Shown here piece by piece: positions 1-7,463 of a stretch of DNA of 29,589 nucleotides (positions are counted from its first letter, which is position 1; every line of letters starts with the position of its first letter). A program made the position numbers and the translations under genes. The notes below the pieces were generated by a model, which worked only from the letters and a program-made list of their open reading frames with translations, was not told where the DNA came from and made no database searches. The stretch comes from Oscillospiraceae bacterium (lineage in GTDB: Bacteria; Bacillota; Clostridia; Oscillospirales; Oscillospiraceae). The stretch covers positions 1-29,589 of the forward strand of contig JAISTA010000067.1 in assembly GCA_031272845.1 (NCBI GenBank), read 5' to 3'.

Positions 1-7
1 CGCCGGG

Positions 8-1297
8 ATGGCCGCAGCGCCCAACGCTGACGGCACATCTACTCTGCTGTGGAGCAAAAACGCGCTCAAAGGCGCGGTTTTCGGCATTTTTGCGGAGGAG
101 GACATCACAACCCCGGACGGCTCGGTGCAGTATGCGGCGGGTGAGCGCGTGGACACGCTCACGACGGACGCTGACGGCAAGGCACAGAGCGTCCCGCTGT
201 ATCTCGGCAAGTACGAGGTGCGCGAGCAGACTGCGCCGCAAGGGTACGTGCTGGATACGGCAAAGTACGAAGTTGTGCTGACCTACGCCGGGCAAGCGGT
301 TGAACTGACCGAAACGGCAATCGCGCTTGAGAACGCAAGACAAAAGGTAGCCGTAGCGCTTGAAAAGGTAATGCTGCAGGACGAGCGCAAGCTTGTCACA
401 GGCAAGCTGAGCCGCGTCACTTTCGGACTTTACGCGGCGGAGGATTTGGTCGCGGCGACGCTCTATGTGCAGCCCGGCGGCGCGCCGATTGCGGTGTCCG
501 GCACCGTCCCGGCAGGGACGCTGCTTGCGGTTACCAGCGTCGCCGAGGACGGCACGGCGGAGTTTGACGCGGAGCTGCCTTTCGGCAAGTACTACGTCCG
601 CGAGATTGCGACCGACGACGGCTTTATCCTTGACAATACGCAATACCCGGTAACATTTGAGTATGCCGGACAGGACGTGGCGACTGTAAAAATCGCGCTG
701 AATGACGGCAAAGCAATCGAAAACAAGCCTATCCTCGGCGGCATAACGCTGACAAAGGTTGACGCGGAGAATCCCGAAACGAAACTTTCCGGGGCGGAGT
801 TCACGGTGTTCGGCTCGCGGATTGGCACGGACAACAAGCCGGAGTTTTACGAAATTGCGAAAATGACGGAGACCGAGCCGGGCGTGTACAAGGTCAGCGA
901 CTTGCCGATGGGCGCGTACTACGTGCAGGAGACCCGCGCCCCGGAGGGATATCTGCGGGACGCAGGGTATTACCTTGTGACAGTTGCGGAGGCAAAGCAG
1001 TACGTCGTGTCAAACGCTGCAGGCGGGCTGTTTACAAACGAACCGGGAACGCCTCCGCCGGATACAGCTGTGCAGGACATCAGCGGATATGTTGCGCTGA
1101 TTGGGCTTGGCGCGGCGGGTATCGCGGCGGCTGTGGTTATGCCGATGGCGCAGCGCAGACGGCGCGCCGTGGCGGACGGCGACGGTGCGGTGACGGCAGC
1201 GAGTGTTTCGGATAAGCTGCGTGGGATAGCGACACGCGGGGTGACGGCGGTCAGAGGGCTGTATGCGAAGATAACGCTGTCTTTGCGCAAAAAGTAG
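8..1297 (+). CDS. SpaA/Cna-B-type repeat surface adhesin or pilin-like protein with C-terminal sortase sorting signal (5'-truncated by window edge)
   Basis: Repeated SpaA-like prealbumin-fold motifs (GAVFGIF..LTTDADG..LYLGKYEVREQTAPQGYVLD; LPFGKYYVREIATDDGFILD; LPMGAYYVQETRAPEGY). Ends with PPDTA, a hydrophobic helix and RRRR. The frame is open back to position 2, so the true start is probably outside the window. Confidence 0.85.
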   Translation: MAAAPNADGTSTLLWSKNALKGAVFGIFAEEDITTPDGSVQYAAGERVDTLTTDADGKAQSVPLYLGKYEVREQTAPQGYVLDTAKYEVVLTYAGQAVELTETAIALENARQKVAVALEKVMLQDERKLVTGKLSRVTFGLYAAEDLVAATLYVQPGGAPIAVSGTVPAGTLLAVTSVAEDGTAEFDAELPFGKYYVREIATDDGFILDNTQYPVTFEYAGQDVATVKIALNDGKAIENKPILGGITLTKVDAENPETKLSGAEFTVFGSRIGTDNKPEFYEIAKMTETEPGVYKVSDLPMGAYYVQETRAPEGYLRDAGYYLVTVAEAKQYVVSNAAGGLFTNEPGTPPPDTAVQDISGYVALIGLGAAGIAAAVVMPMAQRRRRAVADGDGAVTAASVSDKLRGIATRGVTAVRGLYAKITLSLRKK

Positions 1298-1305
1298 GAA
1301 ACACG

Positions 1306-1337
1306 GCAGCAAGCCCCGCGTTTGCGGGGCTTGCTGC
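1306..1337. repeat. 14-bp perfect stem-loop, copy 1 (GCAGCAAGCCCCGC-GTTT-GCGGGGCTTGCTGC)
   Basis: Perfect inverted repeat read directly. A 13-bp arm core is identical to the hairpin at 5256-5288, and both are followed by TGTATTAAA and an RBS. No U-tract. Confidence 0.9.
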
Positions 1338-1372
1338 GCTGTATTAAATTAATCATTGAGAGGAGAATAAAA

Positions 1373-1615
1373 ATGGCACGCAAACAAAAAGCAAATCCGC
1401 GAATCCAGCTGCTCACCCGCTTATTCGCAGCGGGCATTAAAACATCATCAGCAATTTTGCGGTTCGGTCTTACCGACATCGGCAAACTGCCCGGCATAAC
1501 CGCCGAGGAGCTGCACCTGCTGTCCGCACTGCAAACTGCAGTGCGCTGCAAGCAGCTGTATGAGTTCCTCGCAGAGGGTGAGCCTGCCGCAGAGCCTGAC
1601 GAGGTGCAGTCATAA
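1373..1615 (+). CDS. Small hypothetical protein (80 aa), ICE-associated type
   Basis: RBS GAGAGGAG precedes ATG 1373 (the ORF track start at TTG 1322 lies inside the hairpin). TAATG overlap with the next gene. Confidence 0.7.
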   Translation: MARKQKANPRIQLLTRLFAAGIKTSSAILRFGLTDIGKLPGITAEELHLLSALQTAVRCKQLYEFLAEGEPAAEPDEVQS

Positions 1616-2697
1616 TGACCACAACCACGCCAATCGCCCTGACCGCCGACAATCCGCGCGACAGGCTGCGCGAGATAACAGACAAGCTGGAGCAGGGCGT
1701 GAGGGATATATTCGACAGTGAGAGATATAAAGAGTGCCTTAATACGCTGTCTAAATTCCACGATTACAGCCTGAATAATAACTTGCTGATTGCAATGCAG
1801 AGACCGGGCGCGACATATGTCGCGGGCTTTCGGGCGTGGCAAAGCAATTTCAAGCGGAACGTAAAAAGCGGCGAAAAGGGCATTAAAATAATCGCGCCCG
1901 CGCCGATAAAAGTCACGGCGGAGAAAACGCAAATCGACCCGCAAAGCGGCGTCTCCACAGCCAGTACGGAGGAGGTTGTCGTACCGAGGTTCCGCGTCGT
2001 CACCGTGTTTGACGTATCCCAAACGGAGGGCAAGCCGCTGCCGGAAATCGCGGACGAACTGACAGGGGACGCGGACGTATACGGCGAGAAGCTCAGCGCG
2101 CTTATGAAAATATCCCGCGTCCCGGTTGCGTTTGAAGAAATAAGCGGCGGCGCAAGGGGCTATTATGACCAAATCGAAAAGCGCATTGCAATAAAATCCG
2201 GAATGAGCGAGCTTCAAACGCTGAAAACGGCGGTGCATGAGCTGGCGCATTCGCGCCTGCATGATGTGGACAAATCCGCACCGAAAGACACGCCGCGTCC
2301 CGGTAGGCGCACACGCGAGGTTGAAGCGGAGAGCGTCGCGTACATAGTGTGCCGCCATTTGGGGCTGGATACGTCGGACTACTCGTTCGGCTATATCGCC
2401 TCATACAGTGCCGACAAAGAACTGGCCGAACTGAAAGCGTCGCTCGGCACAATAAAGGATGAGGCAAGCGCGATAATCGCGGAAATAGACGCAAGTCTTG
2501 CCGCGCCGGAAAAGGACGCGGCTCCTCAGTACCGCGACGAGGAAGCGGCGGCGGGCGGCGACCAAACCGACCGGGAAGACCGTGACGAGTTCGGCAATTG
2601 GGACGGAAACCCCACGCCGTACTATTTGCGCGGCAGCAAGGACTCAAGGCAGACAGGCAATTCGCGCACTGAATACGAAACCACTTTGGAGATGTAG
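1615..2697 (+). CDS. ArdC-like ssDNA-binding domain plus ImmA/IrrE-type metallopeptidase (HExxH) protein
   Basis: N-terminal ArdC_N-like motifs (FHDYSLNNNLLIAMQRPGATYVAGFRAW..VKSGEKGIKI..VFDVSQTEG). Intact AVHELAH and EVEAESVAYIVC motifs. Confidence 0.85.
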   Translation: MTTTTPIALTADNPRDRLREITDKLEQGVRDIFDSERYKECLNTLSKFHDYSLNNNLLIAMQRPGATYVAGFRAWQSNFKRNVKSGEKGIKIIAPAPIKVTAEKTQIDPQSGVSTASTEEVVVPRFRVVTVFDVSQTEGKPLPEIADELTGDADVYGEKLSALMKISRVPVAFEEISGGARGYYDQIEKRIAIKSGMSELQTLKTAVHELAHSRLHDVDKSAPKDTPRPGRRTREVEAESVAYIVCRHLGLDTSDYSFGYIASYSADKELAELKASLGTIKDEASAIIAEIDASLAAPEKDAAPQYRDEEAAAGGDQTDREDRDEFGNWDGNPTPYYLRGSKDSRQTGNSRTEYETTLEM

Positions 2698-2701
2698 CTA
2701 A

Positions 2702-2923
2702 ATGAATTATTTTAACTTTACGGCGGAAGAAGCAAGCCTGATTGGTATTTACAAAGCTGCAAGCCGCAGCGCGACCGCAGCGCAGCTCACGGTTATAGGC
2801 AAAGCACATCCAAACAGCGAAATGCGGTCAATTGCACAGCGCGCGTCGGCAAAGCTCGCCGCAATGACTGACGCAGAGTTCGCGGAGACGGAGTTTCCCG
2901 CGACCGCAGAAGATGAGACGTAA
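2702..2923 (+). CDS. Putative transposon-transfer assisting (TTRAP-like) protein
   Basis: 73 aa with NFTAEEASLIGIY at the N-terminus and AKLAAMTDAEF at the C-terminus, resembling the TTRAP family found next to ArdC-like genes in Firmicute ICEs (recognition by eye). Confidence 0.7.
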   Translation: MNYFNFTAEEASLIGIYKAASRSATAAQLTVIGKAHPNSEMRSIAQRASAKLAAMTDAEFAETEFPATAEDET

Positions 2924-2929
2924 CAACGC

Positions 2930-2961
2930 CGCCGTGGCGAACCGCAACGTTCGCCACGGCG
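2930..2961 (+). terminator. 13-bp perfect stem-loop, possible intrinsic terminator
   Basis: CGCCGTGGCGAAC-CGCAAC-GTTCGCCACGGCG followed by TTATTATTT. Confidence 0.55.
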
Positions 2962-2980
2962 TTATTATTTAGGATAGGAG

Positions 2981-4351
2981 ATGATGATTATGGAAGTCGT
3001 CAAGTTAACGGGCATAGATTTGCTCTTTGTATTAATCGCGCTGACGCTCGGCGCAATGCTGATTGTAGGGTTTGCCCGTTTGTACCACTTCAGCCGCGCG
3101 GCGCTGCTGAAAAAAGACGGTGCCGGCACGGAGGAGTATGATCTTCCCCTTGGAATCCGTATTGCCTTCACGCTCGTACTTATTTATGTTGCGGCGGAGG
3201 GGTGGTTTTCAAACACGCAAAGCTTTGTAATAACGCTGATGGGCTGCGCGGACATTGTTCTGCTGGGCGTTCGCTGTGTAGTGCAGGCTATTGCCGTAAA
3301 AAAAGGCAGCCTTGTCAAAGGACTTCTGCGAAGTGTACCCGGCTTGTGGTATGCGTCGTTTTTGTTGTATTTGTATTCAAATTCATCGCCCGAAATCACG
3401 TTGTTCTGGCAGCCGTTTTGGAGAGTGTTCTGCCAAGCGTGCATTCCCGTGCTGCTTGTATTGACTTTTTTCTTTTGCATTGTTATACTTTTCACAGCGA
3501 TAATAAACAGGCACAGAATTGTCGTGTTATGCAGAAATGTGTGGCTGTCCTGCATAAAGTTTTTCAAAAACCCGAGGCAGTTCGTGATAGAAAAAACAAT
3601 AACAATAATGCAGTTCTGCGAACGCAACAGAAGCCGCCTTGCGGCTTGGCTTACCGCGCCCGCAAAAGAAGCGCCGCACCGCAAGACGTTTTGGCAAGTG
3701 ATGGGCGCTGCGGGTATCAGCCTTACAGTAATGGCACTTATCCTGTGGCTGTTTTGGTTATGCGGCTTTCGTGAAAATAGTTTCGTGGCAACTGTAAGGA
3801 ACTTTACAACAATCACAGCTGTAATACTTGACTTATTCATGCTTTTTTTGATTGCTGTAAAAGGCTTTTTGTCCTGCTTTAAGTTTTTTGTTTCCATCTT
3901 GATATGGGCAGTGCTCATTGCCGGAATCAGTTTGATTTGTATCGTTTGGCAATTTAATATTGTGATTTCATCCTCAAATGGTGACGCAGTATTTACGGGG
4001 CTGTTCTTTTCTGCAGTGTATCTGATTGTGTGTAGTATGATGACACTGATGGCGGACAATAAAGCCGCGAAAACAGCGTATTCAGTGTTAAACGCAATAT
4101 TATCTGTGATTGCGGTTTTCTTTAACTTTGCGGCAATCTATTATGACTTTCCGAAAGAGGCACAGCTTGCGGGAAACTTGATTCTTCTGCCGTTTTTAGT
4201 CGTAGGCTTTATCTGCTCCGCTATATGTGACGTGCGTACATATATTGAAGAAAAACATCCGGATAAACTAAGCGAAGCGCGAAATAAGGTTAAAGCCGCG
4301 AAGCTGCCGGAGCGTAACGATAAGGAGACCGCCGATGAAACGCAAAACTAA
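2981..4351 (+). CDS. Polytopic membrane protein of unknown function (456 aa)
   Basis: Roughly 10-12 hydrophobic segments by eye; RBS AGGAG; visibly more AT-rich than the backbone; stop overlaps the next start. Confidence 0.75.
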   Translation: MMIMEVVKLTGIDLLFVLIALTLGAMLIVGFARLYHFSRAALLKKDGAGTEEYDLPLGIRIAFTLVLIYVAAEGWFSNTQSFVITLMGCADIVLLGVRCVVQAIAVKKGSLVKGLLRSVPGLWYASFLLYLYSNSSPEITLFWQPFWRVFCQACIPVLLVLTFFFCIVILFTAIINRHRIVVLCRNVWLSCIKFFKNPRQFVIEKTITIMQFCERNRSRLAAWLTAPAKEAPHRKTFWQVMGAAGISLTVMALILWLFWLCGFRENSFVATVRNFTTITAVILDLFMLFLIAVKGFLSCFKFFVSILIWAVLIAGISLICIVWQFNIVISSSNGDAVFTGLFFSAVYLIVCSMMTLMADNKAAKTAYSVLNAILSVIAVFFNFAAIYYDFPKEAQLAGNLILLPFLVVGFICSAICDVRTYIEEKHPDKLSEARNKVKAAKLPERNDKETADETQN

Positions 4352-5237
4352 AATCCTGCCGCTGCTCATTTCGGTAGTCATTGCTATATCCTATGTCGCG
4401 TGGCGCACCGTCGCGCCTCCCGGCGACGCCGATACACCGTCCGGTGATAAGCTCACCGTGTACTTTATAGACGTGGGTCAGGCCGACAGCGCGCTCGTCG
4501 TCTCCGGCAGCGCGGCAATGCTGATTGACGGCGGGAACGCCGCCGATTCCGACCTCGTGTACACGTTTTTGAAAGACCACGGCGTTACACATCTCGATTA
4601 CATAGTCGCAACGCACGCGCACGAAGACCACATCGGCGGACTTTCGGGCGCACTCCAATACGCAAGCGCGGACGTTGCGTTTTGCCCGGTTACGGAGTAC
4701 GACAGCCGCGCATTTACCAGCTTTGTAAAACAGCTGAATAAACAGGGCAAGGAAATTACCGTGCCGAAGCCCGGCGACGCGTTCAGGCTCGGCGGCGCGG
4801 ACGTGAGGATCCTCGCGCCGCTAAAGCCGTCAGACGAGCCGAACAACACGTCAATCGTGCTGATGATAACCTACGGCAAAACAAGCTTTTTGTTCACCGG
4901 CGACGCAGAGCGCGCGGAGGAGGCGGACATTTTGGCGGCTGGCTATGACCTCTCGGCGACGGTGCTGAAGGTCGGACACCACGGCAGCGGCACATCAACG
5001 ACTTATCCGTTTTTGCGGGAGATTATGCCGCAGTACGCAGTCATTTCCTGCGAAACGGATAATTCCTACGGACACCCGCACGAGGACACACTCTCAAGGC
5101 TGCGTGACGCGAACGTCAAGCTATACCGCACTGATATGCAGGGCGCAATCACCGCCGTTTCCGACGGCGTGACGGTAAGCTTTACGACGGAGCGCAACGC
5201 GGATGTGGTGACGAATCCGACCGTGTCGTTCAGGTGA
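4335..5237 (+). CDS. ComEC-like metallo-beta-lactamase-fold hydrolase with N-terminal membrane anchor
   Basis: FIDVGQADS, MLIDGG, THAHEDHIGG (HxHxDH), LFTGDAE, KVGHHGS and NSYGHPH motifs of the ComEC MBL family; hydrophobic N-terminus. Confidence 0.9.
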   Translation: MKRKTKILPLLISVVIAISYVAWRTVAPPGDADTPSGDKLTVYFIDVGQADSALVVSGSAAMLIDGGNAADSDLVYTFLKDHGVTHLDYIVATHAHEDHIGGLSGALQYASADVAFCPVTEYDSRAFTSFVKQLNKQGKEITVPKPGDAFRLGGADVRILAPLKPSDEPNNTSIVLMITYGKTSFLFTGDAERAEEADILAAGYDLSATVLKVGHHGSGTSTTYPFLREIMPQYAVISCETDNSYGHPHEDTLSRLRDANVKLYRTDMQGAITAVSDGVTVSFTTERNADVVTNPTVSFR

Positions 5238-5255
5238 GCAACAAATAAACAAACC

Positions 5256-5288
5256 ACAGCAAGCCCCGCGTTCTGCGGGGCTTGCTGT
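5256..5288. repeat. 14-bp perfect stem-loop, copy 2 (ACAGCAAGCCCCGC-GTTCT-GCGGGGCTTGCTGT)
   Basis: Near-identical to 1306-1337; followed by ATTAAAGGAG (RBS). Confidence 0.9.
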
Positions 5289-5303
5289 ATTAAAGGAGAA
5301 ATA

Positions 5304-5591
5304 ATGATAATCGAAATTTTAACCACTTTCCGTGATTTATTAATTAACGCAATCGGCGGTTGCTTTTTGCTGTACGGAATATATTGCATATGTATTTACC
5401 GCCGCGCGGAACCAACGCAACCCTTTCTGCTTTATGGGATAGTCAGTATCTACGTTACCGTAAGCACACTTCTTCTATCAATAGTATATCTGGAAACGTC
5501 CTTTCTTTTGGCTATCTGCGGTGTTGTTGCCGGAGTCGCCGTTGTTGTTGCCGTTGCGGCAATACTACGCCGGCGAAAAAAGCGCAAGTAG
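5304..5591 (+). CDS. Small membrane protein (95 aa, ~3 TM); possibly truncated by a premature TAG
   Basis: RBS AAGGAG; three hydrophobic stretches and a basic tail. The frame continues 42 more codons to TGA 5718-5720. Confidence 0.6.
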   Translation: MIIEILTTFRDLLINAIGGCFLLYGIYCICIYRRAEPTQPFLLYGIVSIYVTVSTLLLSIVYLETSFLLAICGVVAGVAVVVAVAAILRRRKKRK

Positions 5592-5741
5592 GAGTACAGC
5601 GAAGAACAAACGCTCGCCAATACACCCGGCGTAAGCTGCGGGATGTCGTTTCAGTACGTCAAACCAAACACGCCGGAGAGCGTACGTACGGCGGATGACG
5701 ACGAGACGGCGGATAAATGATTGCGCCGCCGGAACAAAGGC

Positions 5742-5769
5742 TTGCCTAATTCAAAAAGTATGATACAAT
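5742..5769 (+). promoter_or_regulatory. Sigma-A type promoter with extended -10
   Basis: TTGCCT (5742-47), 16-bp spacer, TG at 5761-62, TACAAT (5764-69). Confidence 0.6.
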
Positions 5770-5783
5770 GGAGAAAAACCCAA

Positions 5784-6233
5784 ATGGAAACAACGACGTA
5801 TAACTTCCCGCACGGCGTGGAGGTGTGGGACAGTGTGCCGCGACAGTACCCGAGCAGTTCGGAGATGGCGGCGTTGGAATTTGTGTGCGAGCTGGTTCTT
5901 CTTGGCAAGCTGCGTTACGGCGACCTGCCGCGTGAGCTGCGCGTATACAGCAGCAAGATACAAGTTCACGCGCTGCGGTATAGCCGCAATTTCCTCGGAT
6001 ATATAATTGAAGACCTGCGGGCGCTTTTGGACGATTATATTTGGCTTAGCACACAGTCTAACGCGCTTGCACAAGACGCGCGGAGTCAAATTAAAGGCCG
6101 TCTTGACTGGTATCTTGACGGACGCGACAGAGAGAATCTGCAAAATTGCGAGGGGGAAAATTATGCTCAGCTTAAGCGAGATTATGAGCTTGCTGTTCGA
6201 AAAAAAGACGAACCGCAGGGAAACGGCGGGTGA
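5784..6233 (+). CDS. Hypothetical protein (149 aa), first gene of a three-gene operon
   Basis: RBS GGAG before ATG 5784, directly downstream of the promoter. No confident family assignment. Confidence 0.65.
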   Translation: METTTYNFPHGVEVWDSVPRQYPSSSEMAALEFVCELVLLGKLRYGDLPRELRVYSSKIQVHALRYSRNFLGYIIEDLRALLDDYIWLSTQSNALAQDARSQIKGRLDWYLDGRDRENLQNCEGENYAQLKRDYELAVRKKDEPQGNGG

Positions 6234-6822
6234 ACGATTGAACCGATTAGATAAGCGAAACGGTCAGCTGCGTGTGCAGCTGTCAGGCTATAATTGGTTG
6301 TCCAAAGTGCCTGAGCAGTTCATTTACCGTGATGAAGTCATTACAAGCTACAATCGCCCTTCCCCCGGCGACAAGCAAGAGCATAATACCGTAATTACCC
6401 TAAAATGCGAATTGGACTGCGGCAGACTGAAAGGCGGATATTTTCATATCTACAGTCTCATCACCGGAAATCCGGTGAGTATAGGAGCGTTGTGGTTTGA
6501 CTTGGAATGGGAGGTTAACCGAAACGAACCCGGCGAAGAAAGCCCGGCGACAAACCAGTTTATATGGCGTAAGCAGATTTATTTAGGTGACTTTCAAATT
6601 GAACGCACACATCGTGGCTGCGGGTATGGTACGTTGCTGCTTGCCGAATTTATACGATACGCAAAAATATTGCAGGCTGATGAAATATCCGGCGCTATGC
6701 AGCCTGTGGATAAGCACAATTGGGACAGAGCCGAGTATCTTTACAAGAAATTTGGATTTACAGTAATACCGGGAGAATACAGCAAATCAATACGATTGGA
6801 TTTGCGAGAACACCTACAATGA
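6163..6822 (+). CDS. GNAT-family N-acetyltransferase
   Basis: Acetyl-CoA binding motif A (FQIERTHRGCGYGTLLL) and C-terminal YLYKKFGF. RBS GAGGGGG precedes ATG 6163; the ORF track start at 6007 is probably too far upstream. Confidence 0.8.
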   Translation: MLSLSEIMSLLFEKKTNRRETAGERLNRLDKRNGQLRVQLSGYNWLSKVPEQFIYRDEVITSYNRPSPGDKQEHNTVITLKCELDCGRLKGGYFHIYSLITGNPVSIGALWFDLEWEVNRNEPGEESPATNQFIWRKQIYLGDFQIERTHRGCGYGTLLLAEFIRYAKILQADEISGAMQPVDKHNWDRAEYLYKKFGFTVIPGEYSKSIRLDLREHLQ

Positions 6823-7382
6823 CAACGACAAAATACTACAATGAAGAATGGGAAGCGCCGCCGAGTGAAGCATTTTTGTCTCTACTCAAGGACGCTTCAC
6901 TCGATACCGCGTTTCCGAATGCGGAGCAAAACGCCGCCGCTTTTCAGTCGCTGCTTGACTATGCCGACGAGTGCCAAAGGCAGCAGGCTTACTCAAACAG
7001 CATAGCGGCAAATGCCGAGGTGCTGCGCGCAGTGCTGCGTGGTTTTGACCGGGTCGCGGACGTTGTGCAGCGCGCGGGGAACATCCCTGACTCGCTGTTT
7101 GCGGACAGCGTTTTGTGTGACGCGCTGCTGTGCAATTTTGTGCTTATAGGCACTCACGCGCGGACGCTTATTAAACGCGCGCCGCGATTCTGCGAGGAGA
7201 CAGGCACGCTTGTCTGCTGGCAGTGGTTCGCGAGTATATGTCAGCATACGGCGGCATTTCAGGCGGAGCTGCCGGGCAACAAGACGCTGCAAAACGAAAG
7301 CTTTATAATGGCGCACGAGTACATCCCGAGATTAACGGACATCATACTTGATGAGATGAAAACCTGCTGTGCGGGCGGCTGA
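6819..7382 (+). CDS. HEPN/DUF86 (HepT)-like fold protein with degenerate catalytic motif
   Basis: ATGA coupling to the GNAT. The C-terminal ~110 aa (..LFADSVLCDALLCNFVLIGTHARTL..VCWQWFASICQH..HEYIPRLTDII) follow the DUF86 pattern (DAV.RNL.IIGEA..L..IPW..I.GMRN.L.H..LP.L), but the RxxxxH motif is absent. Confidence 0.4.
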   Translation: MTTTKYYNEEWEAPPSEAFLSLLKDASLDTAFPNAEQNAAAFQSLLDYADECQRQQAYSNSIAANAEVLRAVLRGFDRVADVVQRAGNIPDSLFADSVLCDALLCNFVLIGTHARTLIKRAPRFCEETGTLVCWQWFASICQHTAAFQAELPGNKTLQNESFIMAHEYIPRLTDIILDEMKTCCAGG

Positions 7383-7399
7383 CGCAGAAAAACTCGCGG

Positions 7400-7428
7400 T
7401 TGATAATTTCAGTAAAACATGCTATAAT
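7400..7428 (+). promoter_or_regulatory. Near-consensus sigma-A promoter for the first fic gene
   Basis: TTGATA (7400-05), 17-bp spacer, TG-c-TATAAT (7423-28). Confidence 0.8.
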
Positions 7429-7463
7429 AGCAACAAAACAAAGCCGAAAGGGAGAGTAACACC

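Noticed and set aside
970-2358. 462-aa minus-strand ORF
   Set aside because: Antisense shadow of the adhesin, hypothetical and ArdC-like genes; no recognisable motifs or RBS. Long shadows are expected in GC-rich coding DNA.
3184-4059. 291-aa minus-strand ORF and 190-aa alternative-frame ORF (3202-3774)
   Set aside because: Both lie fully within the 456-aa membrane protein gene, which has an RBS and coherent TM pattern; no independent support.
5235-5288. TGA followed by a hairpin as a possible SECIS/selenocysteine readthrough
   Set aside because: The sister hairpin at 1306 follows TAG, not TGA. The position is the C-terminal end of a complete MBL domain rather than a catalytic Cys site.
1306-5288. 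Repeated hairpins as a CRISPR array or integron attC sites
   Set aside because: Only two copies 3.9 kb apart, no regular spacers, no cas or integron integrase gene, and perfect stems lacking attC R/L boxes and extrahelical bases.
5900-6030. Weak resemblance of IQVHALRYSRNFLGYIIEDLR to a DUF4116 repeat
   Set aside because: Single short segment; too weak to assign without a profile search.
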